From contig JAVVEA010000001.1 in the NCBI GenBank assembly GCA_032250835.1, forward strand, positions 384,001 to 448,000: a stretch of 64,000 bases of DNA. Direction: 5' to 3'. The DNA is from a bacterium. GTDB taxonomy: Bacteria; SAR324; XYD2-FULL-50-16. The notes under the pieces are model-generated. The model was not told where the DNA came from. It ran no database searches and was given only the letters and a program-made list of their open reading frames with translations. Below, piece after piece: positions 9,541-18,393 of this stretch (positions within the stretch are counted from its first letter, which is position 1; each line of letters begins with the position of its first letter). A program made the position numbers and the translations under genes.

Positions 9541-10161
9541 CTACCCCCTGCGCAAATCAAAGCCTTGGTAATTAAGCTGCTTAAGCCAGCCTTCGGCTTC
9601 GGCAGAGGTTTCGTCAGCACAACTCGCCACCACCACCGCCGCCTCACTTTGGGTGAGCATCTGCCTAAAAAGCTCCTGCATCGGCGGGTCTAGCGGTCGT
9701 TTATGTAGTTCACTGATCAATATAAGCCCACTTTCTTGGAAGGCCAGGGCGCAGAGCACAAAACGGAGTTTGTCTTCGCCATGGAGCTTATAGATCGGGA
9801 AATGCCGTAGATGCCAAGCTTTGATCTGCTCCATCAGGTGCCGCTTGGCGGTACGGCGTCCGCCGAGGCGGGTGAAAGGTTCGGATTCTAAAGCTAGATA
9901 ACCTCCGGCATGACGCCGGTATACCTTTTCGCCGAGCAGCAATCGGTCAGACTGGCAAAGATACTCTCTCGCTTTGGTCACCACCCCACGATCTGGCCGG
10001 TAGCGGCCCTCTAAGATACCAAACAGGCAATTGAGCTGGTCGCGGTGGTCAAATAGGAGGTGGTAGCGCCGCCCCGATTCGATTTCTAAGCTAACCCGTT
10101 GCAGCCCAAATTCCTCACCAGCAAAAAGATCTATATTAGAGAGCTGTGCCACCAAGGCCAT
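9541..10161 (-). CDS. Degenerate ABC-ATPase-like protein
   Basis: ABC NBD spacing is retained, but Walker A, signature and Walker B are all substituted. Confidence 0.6.
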   Translation of the reverse strand: MALVAQLSNIDLFAGEEFGLQRVSLEIESGRRYHLLFDHRDQLNCLFGILEGRYRPDRGVVTKAREYLCQSDRLLLGEKVYRRHAGGYLALESEPFTRLGGRRTAKRHLMEQIKAWHLRHFPIYKLHGEDKLRFVLCALAFQESGLILISELHKRPLDPPMQELFRQMLTQSEAAVVVASCADETSAEAEGWLKQLNYQGFDLRRG

Positions 10162-10164
10162 AGA

Positions 10165-10656
10165 TCACTCCCAGCCCAGCGCTTGTCTGGAAATTTTTTC
10201 CAAGTGTTTTTGGTAGGCTGCCATTTCCGGGTCCCCTTCGGCGGGAGCCCAGGGAGCAAAGTCTTTATCGCTGATCTTAACGTAAGGCCCATGTTTGACT
10301 TCGTAATAAACGCTGCCGGGCTCAAAAGACAAGATGGCATGCCAAGTTCCCACCGGCACCTCGACCCCGTAATCTAACGAAGCAGGGTCCAGGGGAAAAA
10401 ACTGAACGGCTTCGCCGGAATCGTCGAAAAAGATCACCACACCGCGTCCTTTTAAGCACAAAAAAGCTTCGGCTTTGGGCGGGTCGAGATGGCGGTGCGG
10501 CTGGACGTAGGAGCCGGGCTCGATGGCGTTTAACATACGCTGAACCAAATCATCAGCCGATTGATGAAAATTGAAGTTGGTTCGGCCTCGGGGCGTTTCA
10601 GCTCCCTTCTTAGCGGTCGTTTCGAGTAGATTCCGGTTGATGGCGATGCCGGTCAT
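10165..10656 (-). CDS. WbuC family cupin-fold metalloprotein
   Basis: RGRTNFNFH, VQRMLNAIEPGSYVQPHRH, GTWH, EVKHGPY, FAPWAPAEG. Confidence 0.88.
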   Translation of the reverse strand: MTGIAINRNLLETTAKKGAETPRGRTNFNFHQSADDLVQRMLNAIEPGSYVQPHRHLDPPKAEAFLCLKGRGVVIFFDDSGEAVQFFPLDPASLDYGVEVPVGTWHAILSFEPGSVYYEVKHGPYVKISDKDFAPWAPAEGDPEMAAYQKHLEKISRQALGWE

Positions 10657-10816
10657 AGGCTTGGCTTAATTGGTCAGTTAACAAACGGCGCCTGCGCGCT
10701 AAGGCAAGCGTTTCACGTAATTTTAAGGCCAACAGCAGAACCAACAGCAGCACCACCAAAACCAAAGCGCCCAGCGCGACTTCTTGGAGATGATCAAGTA
10801 GCCACTGGAGTTCCAT
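10610..10816 (-). CDS. Small single-TM membrane protein
   Basis: Hydrophobic helix followed by basic RRRR; TGATG coupling to the upstream receiver gene. Confidence 0.55.
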   Translation of the reverse strand: MELQWLLDHLQEVALGALVLVVLLLVLLLALKLRETLALARRRRLLTDQLSQAYDRHRHQPESTRNDR

Positions 10817-11202
10817 CAGCTGGCCTGGGGGCGGTAGGACTCAATGAATCCTTTGAGTTGGTCTAAGTCATAAGGCTTGATCAAAACACCCGTCGCCCCA
10901 GCATTAAGGTAAGCTTCGGTTTTGTCTTGGGCGGTGGACATCAAGACCGGCAGGTTTTGGTATTCTGCTAGGCTACGCAGCTTACGTAGCAACCCCAAGC
11001 CATCACTAAAGGGCAGGTTGACGTCTAAAATCACCAAATCCACGCGGCTGCTGGCCCGCAGTAGGGCGTAGGCCTCAAAGGCATCGTGGCACAGCAGCGT
11101 TTCAACCCCGCCGATCTTGGATAACACCTTGGCAATCAATTTGATTTGCGGTTGGCTGTCTTCAACTAGCAATATCTTCAAATGAGTTTTAAATAGGCTC
11201 AT
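10816..11202 (-). CDS. Single-domain response regulator (CheY-like)
   Basis: ILLVEDS, LVILDVNLPFSDG, LMST, KP. Confidence 0.9.
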   Translation of the reverse strand: MSLFKTHLKILLVEDSQPQIKLIAKVLSKIGGVETLLCHDAFEAYALLRASSRVDLVILDVNLPFSDGLGLLRKLRSLAEYQNLPVLMSTAQDKTEAYLNAGATGVLIKPYDLDQLKGFIESYRPQAS

Positions 11203-11334
11203 GTAGTGTTCTCCTTAGGTGACTCAAAATCTAGCGCCTCTGGGTCTGTTTTGCCAAGTCTTAGCTGCGCTTGGCCAGTTTACAATCGAAGGCATCCATC
11301 GTATTGTGGTAGGAGCACCCCTGTTAGGAGTTGA

Positions 11335-12195
11335 GTGAATCCACAGACCCTTTTTAGTTTCGGATTGGAGCCAGTTAGCGACCCATCCCTATGGGCTACC
11401 CTCTTTTTGCTATTCGGCCTCTTTGTGCTGCATGTGCTGATCCAAAAGCTTTTGGCTCCGCGTTTTGCAGACTTGCACACCCGTTATTTGGTGGTCAAAA
11501 GCAGTTCGACGCTGCTGCTCTTTTTGACTATCTTCTTTTTTGCCAAGTTGTGGTTCAACAACTTTGTCAGCCTCGCCACCTTCATGACCATGATCTCCGT
11601 AGGCTTGGTGATCGTGCTCAAAGAGGTGTTGCTCAATTTTTTCGCCTCCATTGTGATCCTCTGGCGCAGCCCCTTTAAGCTGCGCGACCGCATCCAGATC
11701 GGCGAAATCACCGGCGACGTAGTGGATTTAGGGCTCTTTTACTTTACGGTCTTAGAAGTCGGCAACTGGATCAAGGCGGACCAATCGACAGGCCGCACCC
11801 TCAAGGTGCCCAATGCGCTGGTCTTAACCCAGCCGATTGCTAATTTTAGCCGTGGCCTGCAAAGCATTTGGAACGAGATCCCGGTGCGTTTTGCCGCCGG
11901 GACGGACTGGGAAGCAGCCAAAGCGGTGATGCTTAAAACCGGCACCCGCGAGTCCCTAAAAGCCATCGACCATGCAAAACAGGCCATGAAGCGCGCTGAA
12001 AGTGAGATCATTTATACCTGCTTGACACCCACCATATACACCCGGTTTGATGATGAGGGCATCACCCTCACCCTTCGGTATTTGTGCAATCCTAGGCAAC
12101 GTAGAGATAGCGAGCACCATATATTTGAAGAGCTTCTTCACGAATTTATAGGGCACAAGAAGATTATTTTGATGTTAGACAAAAAAAAGGCTTGA
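11335..12195 (+). CDS. MscS family mechanosensitive channel
   Basis: Three TM segments, PFKLRDRIQIGEITGDVVD, DQSTGR, VPN. Confidence 0.9.
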   Translation: MNPQTLFSFGLEPVSDPSLWATLFLLFGLFVLHVLIQKLLAPRFADLHTRYLVVKSSSTLLLFLTIFFFAKLWFNNFVSLATFMTMISVGLVIVLKEVLLNFFASIVILWRSPFKLRDRIQIGEITGDVVDLGLFYFTVLEVGNWIKADQSTGRTLKVPNALVLTQPIANFSRGLQSIWNEIPVRFAAGTDWEAAKAVMLKTGTRESLKAIDHAKQAMKRAESEIIYTCLTPTIYTRFDDEGITLTLRYLCNPRQRRDSEHHIFEELLHEFIGHKKIILMLDKKKA

Positions 12196-12288
12196 TTAAG
12201 TCCTTTTAAGCCTCCATCATCTCTTATTCTTTCTTGCTACACCGCCTTCTGCGGTGCCGTTCCTGAAACCCCGGTCGGGAGCCGTGTC

Positions 12289-13581
12289 TTGAGACAAGTC
12301 ATCCATATCATTGCGGAATATATCGGCTGTAAAGCCAACCACGAGCTTTTCACCAATCTCGATGCGTTGATGGCAACGCTTCGCGAGGAAGTCCGCAAAG
12401 CTGGTTTAGAAACAGTTGCCGAAGCTGGTTATTCCTTCGGTGAAGGCTGCGGGGTTACGGGCAGTATTGTACTGGCCGAATCTCACATGAATATCCACAC
12501 CTGGCCTGAGCGGGATTTTTATTGCAACATCGATATTTCGGTCTGCAATTATTCCTGCGACAACTTTCCTAAAGCCCTCGATTTGGCGAATGCGCTCAAG
12601 ACGGTTTTCAAGCCCCTGGACGTTAACGAAAAAATCATTAAAGGCTACCGCGACTTTGAAGACGACAAGTACACCGAGTACTTCTCCTCTGACAGCGGAT
12701 TCTTCATCAAGCCCAATCAGGTGCTGTACCGCAGCGCTGATGAGCTCCAGCAGGTTGAAGTATACGACACCAAAGACTTCGGTCGGGTGCTGCGCATCGA
12801 CAACTTCTTCCAGACCTCTGAACGTGACGAGGCCTTCTACCATGAGCCCCTGATCCACCCGGCCATGATCGCGCACCCCAACCCTGAAAAGGTGTTGATC
12901 ATTGGTGCTGGCGACGGCGGCGTGTTGCACAACGTGCTCAAGCACAAGTGCGTTAAAAAAGCGGTGATGGTCGAAATCTCTGACATGGTCATTGAAGTCT
13001 CTAAGAAGTACCTGCCGATGGTACACAAAGGTGCTTTCGAAGACCCACGTGCTCAGGTGATCATCCAAGACGGCTTGGAATACATCGCCGGGACCGACGA
13101 AAAGTTCGACGTGATCTTGCTAGACCTGACCGACCCGATCGGTCCGGCCCGCGCACTCTATACCAACGCATTTTATGCCAAGGTAAAGAGCGCTTTAAAA
13201 GATCAAGACGGCATTTTGGCTTTACATACCGAGTATCCCTTTTACCACCCTAAGGTATACGGACGTATCAATCAGACCCTGCGGTCTTTGTTTAAGAAAG
13301 TCACCAATGGCTTCAACTTCGTACCCATCTACGGTACGATCATGGGCTTTGGCTACTGTTCTGACCGCACGGACCCCAAAGCACTCAGCCCCGCGGAAGT
13401 ACAAAACCGCTTGGTCGAGCGCGGTGTGACCGACCTCAAGCTGTACAACAGTGAGATGCACTTTAGCTTCTTAGCCGAACCTGCTTATGTGAAGCAGATT
13501 TTGTCTCAAGAACATGAAGTGATCACCCCGGCCAAAGGGTTGGACGAATTCATGCAAACGTATAACGTTGCACGAGATTAA
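12289..13581 (+). CDS. speD-speE: Fused S-adenosylmethionine decarboxylase / spermidine (aminopropyltransferase) synthase
   Basis: N-terminal ~120 aa with VLAESHMNIHTWPE (pyruvoyl E|S site). C-terminal QTSERDEAFYHE, LIIGAGDGG, DVILLDLTDPIGP. TTG start. Confidence 0.92.
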   Translation: MRQVIHIIAEYIGCKANHELFTNLDALMATLREEVRKAGLETVAEAGYSFGEGCGVTGSIVLAESHMNIHTWPERDFYCNIDISVCNYSCDNFPKALDLANALKTVFKPLDVNEKIIKGYRDFEDDKYTEYFSSDSGFFIKPNQVLYRSADELQQVEVYDTKDFGRVLRIDNFFQTSERDEAFYHEPLIHPAMIAHPNPEKVLIIGAGDGGVLHNVLKHKCVKKAVMVEISDMVIEVSKKYLPMVHKGAFEDPRAQVIIQDGLEYIAGTDEKFDVILLDLTDPIGPARALYTNAFYAKVKSALKDQDGILALHTEYPFYHPKVYGRINQTLRSLFKKVTNGFNFVPIYGTIMGFGYCSDRTDPKALSPAEVQNRLVERGVTDLKLYNSEMHFSFLAEPAYVKQILSQEHEVITPAKGLDEFMQTYNVARD

Positions 13582-13605
13582 CGGCACTCTTACCTGAGGT
13601 TGAGC

Positions 13606-13977
13606 ATGAGCCAAGCAAACAACCCCGAGCCCTGGGGCTGGTCTACCTCGGTGGACCTGTATGGGTGCGATCCCGAAGCGATTCGTTCGGAAGTAAAAAT
13701 CAAAGAGTACGTCAAGCAATTGGTGGCGTTGCTCCAGATGAAAGCTTTCGGCGAAACACAGGTAGTGCATTTCGGCGAAGATGAGAAGGTTGAAGGCTTT
13801 TCGATGACCCAACTGATCGAAACCAGCCTGATTTCCGGTCATTTTGCCAACGCCAGCAACGCGGCCTATTTGGATATCTTCTCCTGCAAGGCCTATGATG
13901 CAGAAGAAGCCGCCAAATTCTCTAAAGAGTTTTTTGGTGCCAAAGAAGTCAGCATGCAAATGTTAGTGCGGCGCTAG
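13606..13977 (+). CDS. SpeD-homologous pyruvoyl-dependent decarboxylase (candidate ornithine/arginine decarboxylase)
   Basis: WGWSTSVDLYGCD, QLIETSLISGHFAN and YLDIFSCK give the AdoMetDC fold with a non-canonical cleavage motif. ATG at 13606 (TTG 13600 in the ORF track). Confidence 0.85.
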   Translation: MSQANNPEPWGWSTSVDLYGCDPEAIRSEVKIKEYVKQLVALLQMKAFGETQVVHFGEDEKVEGFSMTQLIETSLISGHFANASNAAYLDIFSCKAYDAEEAAKFSKEFFGAKEVSMQMLVRR

Positions 13978-13985
13978 TCGTCAAC

Positions 13986-14024
13986 CGGTCGAGGGCTTGC
14001 CCCTTGACCGGCCCCCGCCTTTTT
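13986..14024 (+). terminator. Putative terminator hairpin after the polyamine operon
   Basis: CCGGTCGAGGG-CTTGC-CCCTTGACCGG; the T tract lies a few nt downstream. Confidence 0.55.
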
Positions 14025-14149
14025 CCGAACTCCCCGCAATTTCCCCCTTTAGCTTAAACAGCGCGCCCATCTACCGTTGCGAAAGCCATAAAAATCGCGC
14101 ATATTGATAACCAAGACTTAAAGGATGTGTTCACCTGCCTAGGAACTCC

Positions 14150-16459
14150 ATGCAGCCATTGCAGCTAAACCGGTTTTATCTCTGGAAGATCTTTTTCTTG
14201 ATCTTCTTGCCGGTAATGGGTTTCATGGCCATTTTGCTTGGGTTGTTTGATCGACATCACCTCCACGAGACTGAAACCCGCCTGATCCAGCGGATCGAAC
14301 AACACCACCACCTCCAACAACAACAGATCGAACGTCATATTGGCCAGCTGCTGTCGGATTTTTATTACCTCAGTCAAGACCTAGACCTCTTCAACCACCT
14401 AGTCAAAGGTAGCCCGCCCGACAAGGATCAGGTTAAACGCTTGATGTCCTTTATCATGTCGCGGGAGAATGTCGACCAATACCGATTTGTTTTGCTAGAC
14501 GGACGTGAGGCCTTCCGCATCAATCAACCCCAAGTGGGTCTGCCGGTTTTGGTCCCCCCGGAAAAGCTTCAAAACAAATCCAGGCGTTACTATTTTGTTA
14601 ATGCAAAGGATTTAGACCCAATGCATTACTACATCTCCCCCTTAGACCTCAACATAGAACACGGGGAGTTGGAGTACCCCTTCAAACCCATGCTGCGCGT
14701 GGCTATGCCTGTTTATAGCCACCAAAAAATCGGCGTGTTGATCGTCAACTATCTGGGTGCCAAACTGCTTGAAGACATCCGCCGGACCACCTACCTAGAC
14801 GGTGGCCAATTGATGATCACCAACGAACAGGGCTATTACCTTTTACATCCAAACGAGGAGATGGAATGGGGTTTTATGATGCCCCAACGCAAAGATTCAT
14901 CTTTCGGCCAGCAGTTCCCTCGTAGTTGGGCCGAGATCCAGGCGCGAAACAACGGCTACTTCCACAACCACGAAGGCCTCTTCGTTTTTGATAAAATCGA
15001 CCTAACCCGGTTGATCATCAGCAACCTTCCGATGAGGCCCTCTAACCAAAACCTACCGAAATGGACGGTAATTAGCCAAATTTCCCAAGCGGCCATCCTC
15101 AGCGAACATTACCAGCAAATGCTGGGCATCTACTATAGCTACGCCGCACTTACGTCACTCTTGGCGGTTTTCTGCTTTTACTTTGCCTGGCATCAGCAAA
15201 AATTAAAGGCCTCTCAACTGCTCAACAAAGAACAAACGGTCACGCTAAAAAAGCGGATCAACGAACTGAATTGTCTATATGACGTGACCCACTTGACCGA
15301 GTCCGAAGAATCGAGCTTTGAAGAGATGATGCAGCGCCTAGTCAACCAAATCCCTCAGGCCTGGGAATACCCTGAATACTGCTCAGCTCGTCTGGTCATA
15401 GGTGCTGACATTTGGCGAACGCCCAACTATAAAGAACCAGAAATGAGCCAGAAAGAGGAGATCTTCAACGATGGGGTTCGGCTCGGTTTTCTGGAAGTAG
15501 GCTATAGCCTCAACACGGGCCGAAAGAGGTTTTTAGACGAAGAGCTGTCTTTGTTGCAAGCCTTAGCGCTCAGGGTCCGCAAGGTATACCAATACCAATC
15601 GGCGCGCGAAATGATCCAAAGCCACCAAGAGCAACTAGAACGCCAAGTATCCCAAAGAACCAGCGAGTTGGCAGAGGCCAATAGCCGTCTGATCCACGAA
15701 GTGGCCGAAAAACAGCGGCTGACCGAGGTCTTAGCCGAAGCGAAGCAACATGCCGAAGAAGCTACCGAGATGAAGACCACCTTCTTGTCCCTGGTGGCCC
15801 ATGACCTAAAATCCCCCTTCTTCTCTATCTTGGGCATCTTGCGGCGCATCTTGCGCAAGGAAGCCAACCTAGACCCCAAGCACCGCAACCTACTCGAAAG
15901 CTCTATTCTCTCAGGCCAGCGGCTGCTGGATATGATTGATAAATTAATCAATATCAATAAAATCCAAACCGGCGGCATCCAGCCAGATTACCAGGAGATT
16001 CTGCCCCATGACATGGTCGGTGAAATTCTCGACCAGTTTGCCGATGCAGCGGATCAAAAGGGGATCAGCTTGGTCAATGACCTCGCGCCTAAAATGGTGG
16101 TAGAAACCGATCCTTTTTTGCTTGGTGAGGTGCTCAGCAATTTGATTTCCAATGCCATCAAGTTTTGCAGCACCGGTGATCAAATCCGGGTCTACCGCGA
16201 AGGCACCAAGGGCCTTAAGTTGGTGGTTGCGGACACGGGCCTCGGGATTGAGCCGCAGGTGATGCAAATGCTCTTTAAGGAACAATTCTCGACGACGACC
16301 ACCGGTACTTTAGGGGAAAAGGGCACTGGTTTGGGCCTGCCCTACAGTGCCGACATCATGCGCCTGTTGGGCGGTGAAATCTCTGTGGAATCCGAAATCA
16401 ATCAAGGCAGTCAATTCATTTTGTCCTTGCCTAGCCACCGCCTGCGACCTTCAATTTAG
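14150..16459 (+). CDS. Membrane sensor histidine kinase (periplasmic dCache-like, GAF-like, HisKA, HATPase)
   Basis: Two TMs, LQNKSRRYYF/YISPLDLNIEHG Cache motif, VAHDLKSP H-box, NLISNAIKF, DTGLGI, GTGLGL. Confidence 0.92.
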   Translation: MQPLQLNRFYLWKIFFLIFLPVMGFMAILLGLFDRHHLHETETRLIQRIEQHHHLQQQQIERHIGQLLSDFYYLSQDLDLFNHLVKGSPPDKDQVKRLMSFIMSRENVDQYRFVLLDGREAFRINQPQVGLPVLVPPEKLQNKSRRYYFVNAKDLDPMHYYISPLDLNIEHGELEYPFKPMLRVAMPVYSHQKIGVLIVNYLGAKLLEDIRRTTYLDGGQLMITNEQGYYLLHPNEEMEWGFMMPQRKDSSFGQQFPRSWAEIQARNNGYFHNHEGLFVFDKIDLTRLIISNLPMRPSNQNLPKWTVISQISQAAILSEHYQQMLGIYYSYAALTSLLAVFCFYFAWHQQKLKASQLLNKEQTVTLKKRINELNCLYDVTHLTESEESSFEEMMQRLVNQIPQAWEYPEYCSARLVIGADIWRTPNYKEPEMSQKEEIFNDGVRLGFLEVGYSLNTGRKRFLDEELSLLQALALRVRKVYQYQSAREMIQSHQEQLERQVSQRTSELAEANSRLIHEVAEKQRLTEVLAEAKQHAEEATEMKTTFLSLVAHDLKSPFFSILGILRRILRKEANLDPKHRNLLESSILSGQRLLDMIDKLININKIQTGGIQPDYQEILPHDMVGEILDQFADAADQKGISLVNDLAPKMVVETDPFLLGEVLSNLISNAIKFCSTGDQIRVYREGTKGLKLVVADTGLGIEPQVMQMLFKEQFSTTTTGTLGEKGTGLGLPYSADIMRLLGGEISVESEINQGSQFILSLPSHRLRPSI

Positions 16460-16467
16460 TCCTTGAA

Positions 16468-18393
16468 ATGAGCGCAAGAGAACTACAAAAAAGTGTTGAT
16501 CAATTCATCCGCTCACAACGACGCAAGCGGATCCAGCCGGCCGAACGGGACCTGCCTTTAACCCGACTGATTGAGGAAACGGGCCCTCTCGACCCGGATT
16601 GGGTGGAGCAGATTTCTCAATCCAAGGGGGTGGCGCCCAACCAATTCCAGCCGGGCAAGCAGGCCTTTGTCGAGGCGATCAAACGCCTCAACGGGCTCAA
16701 CGCAGCCAAACGCCTCTTTGTGCTCGAAACGATCAACCTGCTAGGTAGTCCTGATGCGATAGACAACTTGGTCACTTCCTTGTTTAACGGGAAAGCCGAA
16801 GAGCGCCGCCGCCTAGCCATGAGCTTCATCCTTTCCTTCCGGGGAACCGACCGGGTCACCGACCTATTGGTTAAGGCCAAACATCTCTTCAACGCCAAAA
16901 CCATTGACTCCCAAACTCATGGATTGGTGTCTTTCCGTTTTGAGATGGCCGAAAAGCTGATTTTGTTTTTCAGAAAGTCTTATGTGCTCGCAAGGGCCAA
17001 AGAGCTAGGCATGGACCCAGAGCTCAGCTTGGACCTACTACGAGGCATTTTAAAAGACGGCGACCTAGTCAACCTATCGAAGTTTTTGATCATTGATGAG
17101 GAGTTAAAAGAACGGTTGCCCGAAGTGATCAGTGCCATCCAATCGCACCGGATGTTGCCCATCTACGCCAAGAAGCGTTACGATTTTTTACGGGACTTTT
17201 TTGTTCATCTTTCGGAGCCAGGGAAGTTTCTGGGCGTAGATGGCTCGGACGTCTCGCGGATCTGCGCCGCCTTTTTGTGGACCAACCGGCAGTTGATCCC
17301 CCCGCAAAACTTGGTGGCCGCCATGTTAAAGACCGCCGAATATTCCCTCCCCGCTACCCGCACGCAGCTGATGAACTTCTTAGAGCAATTGGCCCCGTCG
17401 ACGGTGGATGCCTTGATCAAGGATCTTAAGGACATCTTTAAAGCGCTCATGAAAGAGCCCTATGCCGACCTAGGCGCGCTATTCGCTTCGGCCAAGTCCA
17501 AATACGACCAAGGCGAAGAAGACTTAAGCCTCTTTGGACAGGTCTATGCGGGTCTGATGGATATGAAAGCCAAGGGCTGGTTAGCCATCAAAGGAGTCGA
17601 AGAGTTTTTCGAAAAGGTGCGTCATGACCTAGGTGCCGGTGCGAACCCCCAACAGTCCCTTGACGACATCTTCAACGCCGCCCCAGACGTGGACAACGTC
17701 GAACCGCCGATGATGATCGAAAAACACTCTGAGTTCAACCGGCTGTTCCGCAAATTGCGGCCGGTCAACACCACCGTTGATGGTTTCAGAGGGCCCCGCG
17801 AAGGCGCGGGTAAACGGGCTGCCCAAGCGAATCTGCGGGTCTTTGAAAGCCAAGAAAACATGACCCAATTTAAAGAAGGCATGGAGGTCATGTTGGAGTA
17901 TTTCAGTAAAAACTGCTCGGCAATCCACGCTTATGAATTCAAGCCGCCCAAATTTCCTCGGCAGGTAATGGAGCAGCTAGGAAGCTTTCTGGCCATGGAC
18001 GAGGATGAGGAACCCCTGTTGTTGTGCTTCGGCATCACCTACTTCGAAGCCGACGGCGCGGGAGGGAGCGGAGAGATAGAGGACCTGATCACCCGGCATA
18101 TGCTGCCCTACTTCTTCACTATGGTCAGCAGCAACTTCAACACGGTGCTCCACGCCCGTAGCCGCAAGATCGATACTGATTTTAGCAATGAAGATGAGGA
18201 AGATGGAGCCTATGAAGCCAATCTGGGCATGCTGGAGTTTAAGGCCGCTGACCTGACCTACGCCGAATACTTCCGCTCCGCAGCCCAGCATTTACTAGCA
18301 CTCTTCCATGGCCTGCCTGAGCCCGCATGGCGTTCTGCCGAGGTTCAAGGTTCGGTGGCCTTTTTGTTCGACAAACTCAAGATTGCTTACTAA
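16468..18393 (+). CDS. Large cytoplasmic alpha-helical hypothetical protein
   Basis: 641-aa ORF 8 nt after the kinase, with no recognisable motif. Confidence 0.75.
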   Translation: MSARELQKSVDQFIRSQRRKRIQPAERDLPLTRLIEETGPLDPDWVEQISQSKGVAPNQFQPGKQAFVEAIKRLNGLNAAKRLFVLETINLLGSPDAIDNLVTSLFNGKAEERRRLAMSFILSFRGTDRVTDLLVKAKHLFNAKTIDSQTHGLVSFRFEMAEKLILFFRKSYVLARAKELGMDPELSLDLLRGILKDGDLVNLSKFLIIDEELKERLPEVISAIQSHRMLPIYAKKRYDFLRDFFVHLSEPGKFLGVDGSDVSRICAAFLWTNRQLIPPQNLVAAMLKTAEYSLPATRTQLMNFLEQLAPSTVDALIKDLKDIFKALMKEPYADLGALFASAKSKYDQGEEDLSLFGQVYAGLMDMKAKGWLAIKGVEEFFEKVRHDLGAGANPQQSLDDIFNAAPDVDNVEPPMMIEKHSEFNRLFRKLRPVNTTVDGFRGPREGAGKRAAQANLRVFESQENMTQFKEGMEVMLEYFSKNCSAIHAYEFKPPKFPRQVMEQLGSFLAMDEDEEPLLLCFGITYFEADGAGGSGEIEDLITRHMLPYFFTMVSSNFNTVLHARSRKIDTDFSNEDEEDGAYEANLGMLEFKAADLTYAEYFRSAAQHLLALFHGLPEPAWRSAEVQGSVAFLFDKLKIAY

